From Azolla caroliniana (Eukaryota > Plantae > Polypodiophyta), in contig JBHGNT010000003.1 of the NCBI GenBank assembly GCA_043228905.1, positions 2,480,001 to 2,544,000 of the forward strand: a DNA stretch of 64,000 nucleotides, given 5' to 3'. The position numbers were made by a program, and so were the translations under genes. The notes under the pieces are model-generated. The model ran no database searches, had not been told where the DNA came from, and saw only the letters and a list, made by a program, of their open reading frames with translations. Below, piece after piece: positions 1 through 12,921 of this stretch. Positions within the stretch are counted from its first letter, which is position 1, and every line of letters begins with the position of its first letter.

Positions 1-2250
1 TGCGGTCGAGAGCCGTCGGCTGGCGTAGTAAACGGGCCTATACCAATTCGGGGGTGTGCATTGCATCAGGGCACTTCCGATGGCGATGTCTGAAGCATCT
101 ACGAAGACATGAAACGGTTCAGACCAAAATGGAGGCAGGACCATCGGGGCATGTGAGAGCATTAGTTTCAGGGTCTGATAGGCCATGTCCTCGATTGACG
201 TCCATTGGAAGGGAAGGTGATGGACTGCCGCGTGTAAAGGTGTCGCGAAATGGGCCACGTGTCGTATCATTCGGTTGTGTCACCGGATCTGTCCCAAAAA
301 TCAGCTTAGTGCCTTAGCGTTTGAGGGTGCGGAAGCGGTCAAGATGGCCTTTACTTTATCCGGGTCCATAGCGATGCCTTCTTGACTGACAATGTGGCCG
401 AGAAGGTTGCTGCTGGTAACTAAGAACGCGCATTTCGCCGGGTTTAAGCTCAATCGAGCTTGGCAACATCGGTCCAGGCAGAGTCGTAACTAGGTCATGT
501 GTTCCCGTCGATGGCCATACACGGCGAAATCGTCGAGAAATACTTGCATGAACGCCGGGATGTAGTCATGAAAGATTTCGGTAATGATGTGCTGGAACAT
601 AGCCGGCGCCGTTTTTAGACCGAACATCATTACTTCTGCTACCAAAACACCCCATTCCGTGACAAAAGCGGTTTTCTCCTGATCGTTCGGGTGCATTCGT
701 ATCTGGTTATAGCCGCTGAACCCATCGAGGAAACTGTAGCATTCGTGGCCGGCTACCCTGTCGAGGACACTGTTCGTGAAGGGGAGAGGGAAACCGTCAG
801 TGACTGTTGCTGCGTTAAGCTTCCGATAGTCGACGCAGACGCGGATTTTTCCATTCTTCTTTGGGACTACTACGATCAAGCTCAACCACGTGGCCCGTTT
901 AACAGGGTGAATGAAGCCCACTCGTAGTAGTTTGTCGATTTCCTCTTTGACTTTAGCGGCGTAGTTGGGGTTCATCCTGTAGCGCCTCTGTTGAACCGGG
1001 CGAGTGTCGAGTACGAGGTGGATTTGATGTTGGTAGTATTGAGGATCCAGCCCCTTCATATCGGTGTAAGACCAAGAGAAAACATCCTAGTAGTCGATGA
1101 GCAATCGTACGAGGGATGCCCGTTCTCCGGTTGGTAGATTATTGGCAATTTGTAACATACGGGGATTCTCGTCCGAGCCGAGGTTTATTGTTTCCAGGGT
1201 TGATGCTTTGACTCGTTGTGAAATGGCGAGTTCGCGTTCGAAAGCGTCCCGAGCATGGCGTAGCTCGGCAACTGTGGTTGGATCTGGTTCATCTTGGGGT
1301 GGTGATTCCTCCGTGACTTCCTCGTCTTTAGGTGGCTCGATGGTTGGTAAGGCATTGATTTCAAAGAGAGGGATGATCGTGGGATGATCATCTAGGAAGT
1401 TATCGACCTCCTCATCGGCCAAACCGTCAAGCATATGGACCCCTTCCGCGTATAACGGCGACGTGTTGAGGGCGACGGGGACTCGTTCTTCAGTGATGAT
1501 TCGGACTTTTGTCTTGCCTCTTCGGAACGAGATCATGTTGCGTTGCCAATGTTGCTTGATATTCGCTGTACGCAACCATGGTCGACCTAGTAACATTGGG
1601 TAGGCGCCTTGTGTCTCCAGTCTTAGTACGACGGCCGAGATCATGAACATGTGGCCTCCGAGTGTGAAATCGAGATGGCAGATTAAACCAATGGGGCGAA
1701 CGGAGCGGGTGTTGGCCATCCGAAGCCAAAAGGGGCATGGTTCCCATTGATTCAGGCCAAGGTTGTGACACGTTGACTCACTAATAACGTTTACGTCGGA
1801 TCCGCCGTCGATGATGCATCCGTGCAGGTCCTGGCCCTTAATGATGATTCGCACGGCTAGGTTCTGAGAATCCATGACTGGTGGACCTGTGCCTGCTTCG
1901 GTGAGGTGTACCGGTGGTGTCATGGGCTTAGTATTGGCTTGGAGTGCTGCCAGGGTGTCCCGAAATCTCGGCATGAGTGGTAACAGTTTATGTAGGGGCA
2001 GGGAGTTGCGGGAGTTGGTAAGAACATCCCATAGTTGGTCGTCCTCTGTCGACGTGGATGGTACCGAGGTTTGTGGTGCTTCGCTGGGCACGTCTCTCAC
2101 GTCAGTTTGCATGCGCACGACATTCTTTTTATTGGCCGTGTCAATCCATTCTTTTGCTGCCTGACGGACTTCATCTTGGATTTGCCACTTTGTAGTCTGC
2201 ACTTTACTCCGGGTAGTGACAGTTTGAACATCGGCCATGATATTGTTCAC
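1..2250 (-). pseudogene. gypsy pol: aspartic protease, reverse transcriptase, RNase H (interrupted by stops)
   Basis: ORFs 1087..2250 and 490..1059 plus manual translation of 1-489. Confidence 0.9.
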
Positions 2251-2703
2251 CGCAAGTGCTTTGCCACAGTCGGTTGTTGGGCATTGCGTGGCATAGTGGC
2301 CGAGTTGGTTACATTTAAAACACGTAACGTTGGCCGAGTTGCTGGTGTCAGCTCGGTCCGTGTGTGGGAGCTGTTGCGGTTGATTCCCTGTCCCGTTTGG
2401 TGGTGAGTTGGTCCAAGGTGCATTGGTGTTCCTCTGGTCGTTTGGAGGAGCATCTCGTCGGCTGTTGTCATTGTTCCTTCTATTGTTGCGTGAGTTGCGG
2501 TTTCCGTTTCGCCGATCATTACGTGAGTTCCTCCGATCATACCTGTCATCCCGATCATCGTCGTAACGATCATAATCGTCGTTCCGGTCGTCGCGATAGC
2601 GATCCCGGCGGTCATCTCAACGGTAATCGTTGTCCCAGCGTCGTCTATCCGGTGATCGTGGTCGATCGTTATCGTTGTCTCGGTAGGAATTACGCTCATC
2701 CTG

Positions 2704-4002
2704 TCAAGAGTACGTTTTCCTGGGTTCGATCTGGCGAACTGGTGCGGTCGTAGTGCGATTGAGCATGTTGTACTCGCATTGTTCGACGGTGTGAGATCGC
2801 GATTGGCAAATTGGACACTGTGGGCGATGAGGGCAATCAAGATCTAGGTGACCCGAGCCTGAACAGATCGTGCATTGGAGGGCTTGGTGAAAGCGGTTGT
2901 CCTCCTGTGGAAGGGCATTCTGTAGGGAGGTCATAGAGAAGGCCGCGCCATGTTGGGATCGATCGAGGGCGAGGACTCGCGCTATGACTTCCTCGATAGT
3001 TTGGTTGGCAAAATTTGTAAGTGCGAGAGTCGTTCGGAGAGGCTCTCGTAAACTGGACAGGAAAGTGTCCAGTATATGTTGTGCCGAGACATCGTCTGCC
3101 ACTTGTCGGTATAGATCTTGGAACCGGATCGTGAACTGCGCGACCGTTGTCGTGAAGATGCGCGTGCGAGCGTGCTTCGCTTGAGCGGGACCACCGGGGT
3201 TTTGGACCAAGAGGATGTCCGTCAAGGTATTGAGAAGAGGACGATGTGAATGTAAGATTGGAGGAAGACCTATTACACTTGAGAAGATTGAAGATTGTAC
3301 ACTTTCAGAAGTAGATAAATAATTACAAGATAGATGCGAAGAAGAAGAAATAGAAGCTTATATTATTGATGGTGATGATGATGGTCATATCATATTGGTC
3401 ATTCGTTTGTTTCCTACGGAATACTGAATATGAGAAAGAAATATAGAATATCTAAAGCACTTAGTAGTAGCTTTAGTGGTAAGGTAATTGCCTCTTATCT
3501 TAGAGGTGCAAGGTTCAAATCCTACTTGCAACCCTCTACATGCACTCAATGCCATTGTGACCTAGGTTTATTTATTTTCATTTTTACAAGTATTCGTGAA
3601 ATGTGTGTGGATCCTCAATTTTTGACTTTTTCTCGCACTAGAAATGCCACATCACGACTCCGTTCCATGCGGTTCTTGGCATATCGAGAAGAATTGTTGT
3701 AGCAGTTCCCGTTTGGGCACCTCGCGATGAAAAAGTTCAAGGAACTTTGTGCGCACGATTTGGAAGGTGGTTCCCTCTCCTAGTTCAAGGCGAGAGTACC
3801 ATCGTGCGGCCGGTCCATCGAGGGAGAGTGTGAACTCAGCAACCTTTGAGGCATCGATTTCGGCCAGCGTGAGGCGGCGCGTTGAGTGGTTCGCCTGCCA
3901 CGTGGATATGAAGGCACGAATGTGTGACTCCGCGTCTGGTCCGTTGGTGTATCGTGGGTATGGGTACGGCATGATGTCGTACTCTGGGTCTTCTGGTAGC
4001 AC
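2704..4002 (-). pseudogene. gypsy gag, split by a 512-bp insertion
   Basis: ORFs 3652..4002 and 2704..3225 rejoin as ...ICQEPH(G)-TVAQFTIRFQDL...; CxxCxxxxHxxxxC knuckles. Confidence 0.85.
3148..3659. mobile_element. solo-LTR-like insertion inside gag
   Basis: Termini TGTCGTGA...TCACGACT (7-bp inverted repeat) flanked by the direct repeat CCGT(T) at 3144 and 3660. Confidence 0.7.
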
Positions 4003-4786
4003 CAGGAAAGGGTTTAGTTCCGGTTGATTGACTTCCGGAGGGCTCGGCGGGGGTTTTGGTGGTGAATCAACTCGCGATCAAGTGTCCGGTGGCGAGGATT
4101 GCACTGGGGAAGCCTCTGATTGCTCGGGAAAAGATTGGTCAGTGACCGCCGAGTCGGAAGATCCTTCGACTGGCTCAGGGCGTCGGGCAGGTGGCCGAGA
4201 CCTCGTGGTGCGAGGGGGCGACGTAACGGCGGCTGGTGGTTACCTTCAACGAAGTTCGCTGTGCACTCACAGCTGTAACCGGGCGTGCCAAATTGTGTTA
4301 CCCGTTCCTTTGGGTGAACACCTTCGATAGACTTGCGGCTATCGGTATCCAAGGGCGTGATACGTGAAGGCTCGTAACAGAGGCGTCGTGAGGGAGAAAA
4401 TGATCAGAGATAAAACACTAGCGAGATCTTGATAGGCGTGGGCGACGCTTAATTAAAAAAAAAACACGAGAGAAAACACAGACTCATGGAGCAAAATGGG
4501 CACAAATCAGATATATTACTGCAACACCAAAAGGATTACAGAACACGGTCTACGGCCTGTGACCTTACAGGATTATCTAGTTACGATGGACTAAGCTAGT
4601 GTTTCCACCTATATTTTCTGCCCCCCCCCATGAGGTGCTCGACCTTGTTTAAATAACATTTCCCCTAATACACAGTCGAGCCGTCGGTGGCCCGTGATAC
4701 TCGGACTCGGCGTTCCTTCTTACTCGGTTACACTACCGCCGTTTGTTAATTTCCTAATTTTACATTTTTGTCCTCTAGACAACACA

Positions 4787-5452
4787 ATATATGTCAAATG
4801 AGGTATTGACCTCATACACATATGTAAATGTTTTATACAACCAATTGATTACCACTACAACATCATTGCATTAATGAAAAAATTACAAATACACTATATA
4901 CATGATTCGATGGGAGAAGAAAAAATAGAAAAAAACTAAGGAAAGAGTTACCGAAGTTCTTTGTTGATCGTTGTGTGGATCAAGGGTGACCGCACATCAA
5001 TCGATCCCCATCAATCATGAAGACAAAAGACAACAAAAGAAACATTAGAACATGAGCTCGGATACCAACAATTAGACACATGAACTAATGTAAGCATAAA
5101 ATAAGGATAAAAGATAGATAGATAGGTAGAAAGGAGAGAGAGAACGAAGGGTGTCGATCCACCCGACCACCCCCGAGCGAAGGGATCGAAACGGACTCGA
5201 GCCTCGATCGGCGTCCCCGTCTCGACGTAGTCAACAAGATGATCAAATGAGGGTAACTAGGCCTCTTATTTATAGCGATATCCAAGGCCCCCAGGCAAGT
5301 TCACACTTGGCCTAATGGGTTGTCTCAATCTCGAGGATTAAAAGTAATTCTCCCTTTCTTTACACTCTTGTTTAACCCTCACACTTATCCACGTGTATAG
5401 AATACTACGGTAAATTCTCACCATGGGATATTATATGGTCATGCCCGTAACA
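4787..5452 (-). mobile_element. Truncated copy (5' LTR, PBS, leader) of the chromovirus family found at 30781-40870
   Basis: ~5070-5452 matches LTR 40414-40870 with an internal deletion; ~4795-5070 matches leader ~40130-40412; PBS-like GAGCTCGGATACCA. Confidence 0.85.
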
Positions 5453-7971
5453 ATGGTACATCGAGTTCTTGCTTAAATCTATTGCACTTTGCCTGTCACA
5501 AAATATCATATAAGTTAGTTGACTTAAACCCAAATCTGATGAGGTAAAATTTCATCATGATTAGCTTCAACCCTATTATTTATAATACCTGGTTCATCAA
5601 CATCCTCACGGTTTTCATCTTGTTGGGAAGCATCTCCATATGTAGCATCTTGGAGATGCAGCATCTTTGGTCCTAGAAATCGGGTTAAAATCAATAAGCC
5701 CACCATCTTCTTGAGTGTTAGATTCTTTGACCTTCTCAATATCTTGGATAGTTTGATCCTCAATGAATACCACATCACAACTTCGAAGAAGCTTGCTTTC
5801 TATTGGGTCATAACATCTGTAACCAAACTCATCTTGGTCATAACCAATGAAAATACATTCTTTAGATTTAACATCGAATTTAGACCGTTCATCTTTAGGT
5901 ATATGTACAAAGCATTTACACCCAAACACACGTAAATGATCATATGAAACCTCTATTAAGAACGTCACCTTGCAATGCAACAGTAGGAGATAGGTTAATA
6001 ACATGTGCAATGGTACTCAAAGCCTCACCCCAAAAGGATTTGGATAACTTCGTCGAGAGCAAGCATCGAACTCTTTCAACTAGAGTCCTATTCATCCTTT
6101 CCGCCAAGCCGTTTAGTTGTGGGGTTTTTGGTGGTGTCCTTTGATGCTTAATCCCATGCTCTCGACAGTATGCATCGAAAGCTCCAAGGTATTCCCCACC
6201 ATTGTCAGTGCGGATGCATTTCAACTTTTTTCTTATCTCTCTTTCTACAAAAGCATGAAATTCTTTGAGCACATTAAATACTTGGTCCTTAGTTTTCAAT
6301 GTTTGAATCCAAAGTTTCCTAGAATAGTCATCAATAAAAGTAACAAAGTAAAGTGCACCACCTATTGATTTTACCTTTAAAGGACCACAAACATCTGAAT
6401 GTACCAACTCAAGTACCTCTTCCTTTCTTGAAGAAGAATGTTGTTTGAACACGCCTCTTCTTTGCTTTCCTACCACACAATGATTGCACATGTCTATCTT
6501 GGCATCTTTTAGACCCGGAAGCAAGCTTTTCTTTGCTAGACAATCAAGCCCCTTCTCACTAATATGAGATAACCTTTTATGCCATAGCTCTGACATATTG
6601 TTGCTTTTAGCTGCATTCACAAGATTAGTAGAGATAGATGCTTGTAATAAATACAAACTAGAGCATTTCTTACCACAAGCTACAACCAATGAGCCCTCAG
6701 TGAGTTTCCATTGTCCCCTTCTCACTAATATGAGATAACCTTTTATGCCATAGCTCTGACATATTGTTGCTTTTAGCTGCATTCACAAGATTAGTAGAGA
6801 TAGATGCTTGTAATAAATACAAACTAGAGCATTTCTTACCACAAGCTACAACCAATGAGCCCTCAGTGAGTTTCCATTGTCCCTCATTGAAGATGCTGCA
6901 ATAGCCATCATCATCTAATATGTCGGTTGAGTGTTTAACAACCATAATGCATAAATATCATCATCAAATTTCACTCCCATACCAAAACGTTGGTCAAAAC
7001 ATCCTTGAAATTCATTTAGATGATCTAAAATCGAATCACCTTCTTTATACACTAAATGCATTGCTTGTTTAAGCAAAAATAACTTATTGTTACCTATATT
7101 TGATGTATACAATGTTTCGAGTTTATTCCATAGAGCTTTGGCATTCGTTTCATTCACAATATGGTTTAAGACATTATTTTCCACCCATTGTCGAATAAAA
7201 CCACATACCTGTTGGTTCTCGAAAAGTAATTCCTCGATGCTTTTGCTCTCTGGTTTTGCATCTGAATAAACAGGTAAGTGTAGATTTTTCACAAAAAGAA
7301 GATCTTTCATGTTACCGTTCCATTTGTGGTAGTTGGTGCCATTCAAGCAAACCATTGTGGAAAACATTTCCTCCATAAGAAGTGCTCAACCTCGGCTCTG
7401 ATACCACTTGATCCGAAACTTAGTAGCACTTAAACACTTATGTAAAATAGAAATATGGTGTGCAAGACTTTAAAAAAAAGAAACAAGAAAGATACACAAC
7501 AGATTCTATGCACAATACACCACAAATTTTAACATGGAAAACCCTCAAAAGAGATAAAATCACGGGACCTAGTCCTGAACTAATTCACTATCAAAATAAA
7601 CCTAATACACCAACGTTCTACTCTAAACAAGTTAGAGAGTACTATGAGCAATCAAGGAATATGATGTTTTCTCCAAAAATATGAACTCAACAAAAAAGAC
7701 ACAAAAACCACCAAAACTCAGAGCACGTGGTTGATGACGGAGGCGGTGATGTCCAAATGTGTGAGTGTGCTGGTGTACTTGAGAAAGATTGAAGGAATAA
7801 GCTAAGAAAGAGAGTAGGGGCTCTCTGAAATCAGTTTTTCTCAATTACAGTAGAGAAAATGCTCAATTTCCCCCTTTTTAACACACTTTCACACTATTTT
7901 AAAAAAAACAAGTTTTCGGCGTCTAAGGCCCATTCCATTTACATATTAATGTGGACATAAAAAACCTAACA
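5453..7971 (-). mobile_element. Ty1/copia element, truncated and internally deleted (LTR ~7409-7971, PBS-Met, gag, GAG-pre-integrase, integrase)
   Basis: GGCTCTGATACCA (reverse complement of the PBS) at ~7394-7406; gag 6915..7376; integrase 5940..6782 (HSDVCGP, RTDNGGEY, NGLAERMNR); 166-bp internal tandem duplication at 6551-6885. Confidence 0.88.
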
Positions 7972-8147
7972 ATTATGTTATTGTCGGTATTTAATCTCGG
8001 ATGGAAACTCGTAACAAAATCTGAATGCCACACAGATCATAATTTGGGAAGAAGAAAGTTGAAATATAGGAGACTTATGAACAAATAAGAAGTTAGAACT
8101 ACAATGTAAAGCAGAAATGCTCTAAGTTTACTATTTTGTTGATTGAG

Positions 8148-10400
8148 TGACCGAATCAGCTAATGACCAAAAAGAAAGTGATGGTTATATTTATTTTTGA
8201 ATAAATAAATAAATATATAAATAAAGGAATGAATAACTAAACATATATATCTATGTATGTATATAGGAACAAAAAGAGATGTTGCACAAAAGAAAAAAGT
8301 TGTGACTAGGAGAGGGCACGCACAAAAGAAAGGAAAGAACATCGAGAGTGTGGGAAACAGAAAAGATAGAACAGAAAGCAACAAATCAAGAGATACACCT
8401 AGAGAGCACGAGAGCAAGAAGAGAGCATTCTGTAGAAGAGAAGATAAAGATTTGTGAGTGGTTGTTCATGTCGTCAAGAACCAATGACCATACAACACGT
8501 TTCTTATCCTTTTGTATCAAGTTCCTTGTTCTCTTTTTTATTTTGCATTTCTACATTTTTGTTGTTTATTCCACCCAATAGGGTGAAGATTGTTGCCAAG
8601 GTTGTTGCCTTGAGGCATATGTATTCCTTTAAAGAAAACTAGAGAGGTTGTACTCGGTTGTACTCAAAATCTAGTAAAATTATTTGGAACCTAAGTTTCC
8701 CATGGTTTTTCCCAATTTGGGTCTCCACGTAAAATTTGGTGTACTATCATTTTTGGTTTGGTTGCTTCTATTGTTAACTGAGCTAGTGGTCTAAGCTAAT
8801 CCAGATTCATCCTAGAGTATTCCCAGCAAGTGGAGTAAGAGCGGAGGTTCATACCTCCCGCACAAGATTGGAATATGGATGAATCTTTTCGTGGATGATT
8901 AGCTTGATTAGACCAAACTACACAATATGGAAGTCAAAGATGCGCGACATTTTGTTATGCAAAGACTTGTGGTTGCATGTACAGTGTGGTCTGGACAAAT
9001 AAAATAAAAAAGATGCATCGACTTGGGAAGTCATGCATCTAAAAACAAGTGCATACATAAGATGTTGATTCATAGCCATAAGTCTGTACAACAACTTTGA
9101 TGTTGAGGCGAAAGCAAATATATTGTGGAAAAAAATAGAAAGTATGTTTGAAACCAAGAATGTTCTGAATAGAGTCTCTCTATTCAAAAAGATGGTAAGG
9201 CTGAGATATCGTGATAACTCTAGTATGGTTGAGCACTTGAATCAAACTATGTCTTTAGAAATACCTCTAGCAGATGAGGTAGTGGGTTTATTATTGTTAG
9301 GGTCTCTCCGAGATAGTTGGGAAACACTTGTGCTGACACTAGGGAACTCAACACCACAAGGAAAGCAGCTAACATTGGTACACTTAAGTCAAGTCTTCTT
9401 AATGAAGCCCACTAATGTGTTGGTGTAATGGTAATGGGGGGACACTCCAACCGCCAGGTTGGAGGTTCAAGTCTCCCCGCACCAACAGACATGTGGTACC
9501 TAAAAAGGCAGTCTGTGCCCATAAGTGACGACGACGAAGATAGTGGCAATGATGCAAGGGTGGTTTGTGCCCGTAAGTGGTGATGAAAGATGGTGGCAAT
9601 GACGTAGAAGGGTGGTTTGTGCAAGTAAGTGATGACGATGAAAGATAGTGGTGACAATGACGATAATGTTGGTTGTTTTGACGATGAAGATGGTGAATGT
9701 AGCTTTTCTACAAGTTGCATGATCGAACTGTTTTGACGATGAAGATGGTGAATGTAGCTTGTCTACAAACAAGTTGCATGATCGAACGTGGTGCGAGTCT
9801 CATCATATCTCCTAGAGATAATCCTACACAAGTCTCATCATATCTCCTAGAGATAATCCTACACATGTGTCTCACACCCGTACCAGATGGTATATCTCTA
9901 AATAGAAAATAATATTAATATTAATAATAAAACATTCTCTAAATAGAAAATAATATTAATATTAATAATAAAACATGCCTCTAAATAGAAAATAATAATA
10001 ATATTAATAATAAAACATGCCTTCATAATAATATTAATAATAAAACATTCTCTAAATAGAAAATAATATTATTATTAATAATAAAACATGCCTTCGTGTG
10101 AGTTGTAGAAAATAAAACACAACAAAAAGACTGTGAATCTAGCTTTCAGTATAGAGTCTTGGTCAAGAAAACAACCCCAATAACTTTAAAGGGTGGTGTA
10201 ATTCCAAAAATAGTAAAGACCTTAAGAAAGACTTTTCATGGAGTTATTGTGGTGGTCCAAATCACTAGGAAAGAGATTGTTGAAAGAAGACGAGGGAGCA
10301 AAAGAATGGAACTAATGACAACAAGAAAAATGACCCTACAATAGCCACAGTGATGGTGACATTGTTATTGTTTGTCCTGATGCTTGTGTTATTCAGCATG
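8148..10400 (+). mobile_element. Highly degenerate Ty1/copia remnant related to the element at 34084-37433
   Basis: PBS-like TGGAGTAAGAGC at ~8831 followed by a MDESF...NYTIWKSKMRD gag start; ORF 9123..9428 gag; knuckle remnant ~10240-10280; boundaries approximate. Confidence 0.65.
9896..10092. repeat. AT-rich minisatellite (~41-bp unit CTCTAAATAGAAAATAATATTAATATTAATAATAAAACAT)
   Basis: About 4-5 tandem units visible. Confidence 0.85.
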
Positions 10401-11613
10401 CAACAAATCGATTGGATAATGTACTTGTGAGCCCTGTATCGGGAGATGTTAGCATCATATGCCGGTGGTGCCACCTTAAAGAATTTGAGAGTGACATCTT
10501 CATCTTTTGACACCATGTCACTCGGATCTTCTTTCCTTGCCTTTGATATCATGTCCGCCATGGAGTTTTTCTTTGTACTATTAGATGGACCTATGGATTC
10601 ATTGATTTGATGTATGTGATCAATCTTAGCATGAATTATGGACACTGTCGAGACCATCTTCATTCATCAATTCTTATTGTCTACAACCCAACCTATCCAA
10701 AGTGTCAGCAATTACATCGCCACTTTCCACTTTAATGAGCTTACATTCCATGTGAGATTGTTGAGGGACTTGTAACACTTGTTGTTGTCCAATGATTGGA
10801 GTAAATTGAATGACGATTTGAACAATATAGACCACATTTATCAACATCAAATAATGAACCTATAATGTCTCTTTCTTAACTCTAGCTATTTAGAAGTCTA
10901 CAGTCTGACTTTCATCCTACCAAATGGTTATTTGTGTTGTCCGTCAATTGTTAATATTGTGGTTATTTTATGGTAGACTTCACCACAAAGATTCACCATA
11001 CCACAAACAAAGAGGGTTAAAAAAGCCCCATGGGTTTGTGGCATGTTATGGAAAGGGAATCAAAAAAGTGGCATTTGTGTACAAATTACTAGCTTATATT
11101 TCTGCAGAGGAATGACCTCTTGTGGAAATATTTAGATATGCACTATGTGGCCACTACTGGGCACTCTATACTAATGATATAGACTAAATAGTTGTGATGC
11201 ATTAAAAGATAACATGATTGTCTAATGAGACTCATACAAATTGTACTTTATTTTAATAGGGGAAAAGACAAGGTGGTTGCTTATTTAACAAATGCTTGTA
11301 ACAAGATACTCAGTAATACAGTAATCATCAATTATTTATCATGTATGTGTACAATATGGGATCCTAACTTCCATGTTTGGCCATGTTTTTATGAGTTCAT
11401 AGAATTCATAATCCTTCTCACTCCAAATGCAAAAATAACGGAAATAACAGACAATGAGATTACAAATGAATGAAAAACAACAGAAATAACAAAGCTCCCT
11501 TAATTATGGCCTAAGATTTGATGGAGGTCTAATGGTTAAGTCTTGAAATTGGTAATAGCGGGTCTCCGATAATGAGGATAGGAGCAGTAGAAACACCACA
11601 AGCAGCGAAATCA

Positions 11614-12921
11614 TTAGCCATGGCTGAGAAAAATACTTCTCATAGCCATGGAACGCCCACGATTCTCATAGTCATCTAATACATCGTGTGTCATGTCGTC
11701 CCATCTCTCACATGCTCGAATGTGGACATTGGTGCACATGTTGTTCCACATCTCCACCAGCTTCTCATCACTCCCCAAGTAATTCTCTATCACTTGCGCC
11801 TTTGTCAAGATCGCTACATCCTCCGGAGTGTTGATGAGGGAGTCCATGATGGCAACATACTTAGTGAAATCACCATTACTTTTGGAGGTTTGTTCATGTG
11901 CAAGGAGGTTCCTCAACACATCCTCTGTCCTGTCATTCACGATAAGCCGTGGAAGATCGAATCGAAGGTTTGTCTTGTCATATTTCATCACCGATATGCT
12001 GCCTACAATCATCCGGAACCGTATGCCGGCTTTCGAGAGCCGAGATGCTGTTGGCAGACGATTGCCAAAGATAGTTTTCTGTCGAGGTTCTTGTTTCCTC
12101 CAGAAAAGATTGCATAGTTGTGGGATGCTGCATAAATTCATGGTGTCGCTTCCATTCTTTTGTAATGGCTCCCTGCAGACCCAAACATATAGGCAATCAA
12201 GTAGATGACTGCAAAGCCGAAAATCGGGAATTTGAAAACTCTGCACAAACTCTACGGTGAAGGTCTCGACGACAAAGAATGGATCAATTGCTGCAACAGC
12301 ATAAAACGATTCTTTCTGAAGTTCATCCCCTTCATTTTTGGGTTTCTCTGGAAATGCCTCAATCAGCTTCTTTAGTAATGGCATGGGAATTTGGTTGCCC
12401 ATCACAAACAAGTCCCTGACTGCTTGTTTGAATGTGATGTTATTGTTGTTGATTTTGCAGAACTGGGTGTGTTCCTCGAGTATGGCATCCCAAGAAGTTG
12501 GAATGAACCGAAGGAATTCACGAATGACGATGGTATCGACGGTGATCAAAAGTTGGAGGGTCTCAGAACTGTATTCGGGAAGATCTGAATAGTGATTGTG
12601 AAGATCAGAAGGGTCATAGAAGAGGCGTTTCATGAGCTCTTCCACATCTGATATCTCATGTGCTTTCATGAATTTATTCACACACGATGCCTTAACATCA
12701 TAAAGAACAGAGCTCCCACTAAGCATTTCATGCAATGGTCCGATGGTCAGGATCTGAGGCCGATATGACTCTGGCTTCACATCCACTAATGCTTTTGGCG
12801 GCTTCGAAATCTCCGGGAACAGCCGTATACCATCATCAGTAGCATCAGTGGCCTTATTGATCCTTATTATCATGTCTTGTCTCCATTTGTTTTCTTCAGA
12901 AATGGATTGAGACTGATCCAT
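11614..12921 (-). pseudogene. DUF247/UPF0481 family gene, frameshifted before the C-terminal transmembrane helix
   Basis: YRPQILTIGPLH, NQIP, LPTASRLSKAGIRF, RNLLAHEQ, MDSLINTPEDVAIL; a deletion near 11640 shifts the EKYFSQPWL-TM tail out of frame relative to paralog 41434..42840. Confidence 0.85.

Larger units (their letters stand above)
1..4786 (-). mobile_element. Ty3/gypsy LTR retrotransposon (Tat/Athila-like), decayed; runs off the left edge of the window
   Basis: 5' LTR 4294-4786 with TGTGTT...AACACA termini; PBS TGGCACGCCCGG on the minus strand at ~4279-4290; gag (4002-3652 and 3148-2704, CCHC knuckles), protease (IIDGGSDVN), RT (VCVDYRKLN, FLDDF) and RNase H (FHVFVDASD...YYASR) down to base 1; in-frame stops. 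Confidence 0.9.

Noticed and set aside
2247-2840. 197-aa Thr/Met/Ile-rich ORF
   Set aside because: Off-frame reading of the RD-rich gag linker of the gypsy element
9399-9912. Overlapping His/Ser-rich ORFs
   Set aside because: Derived from degenerate GATGAC/GGTG tandem repeats, with no domain signal
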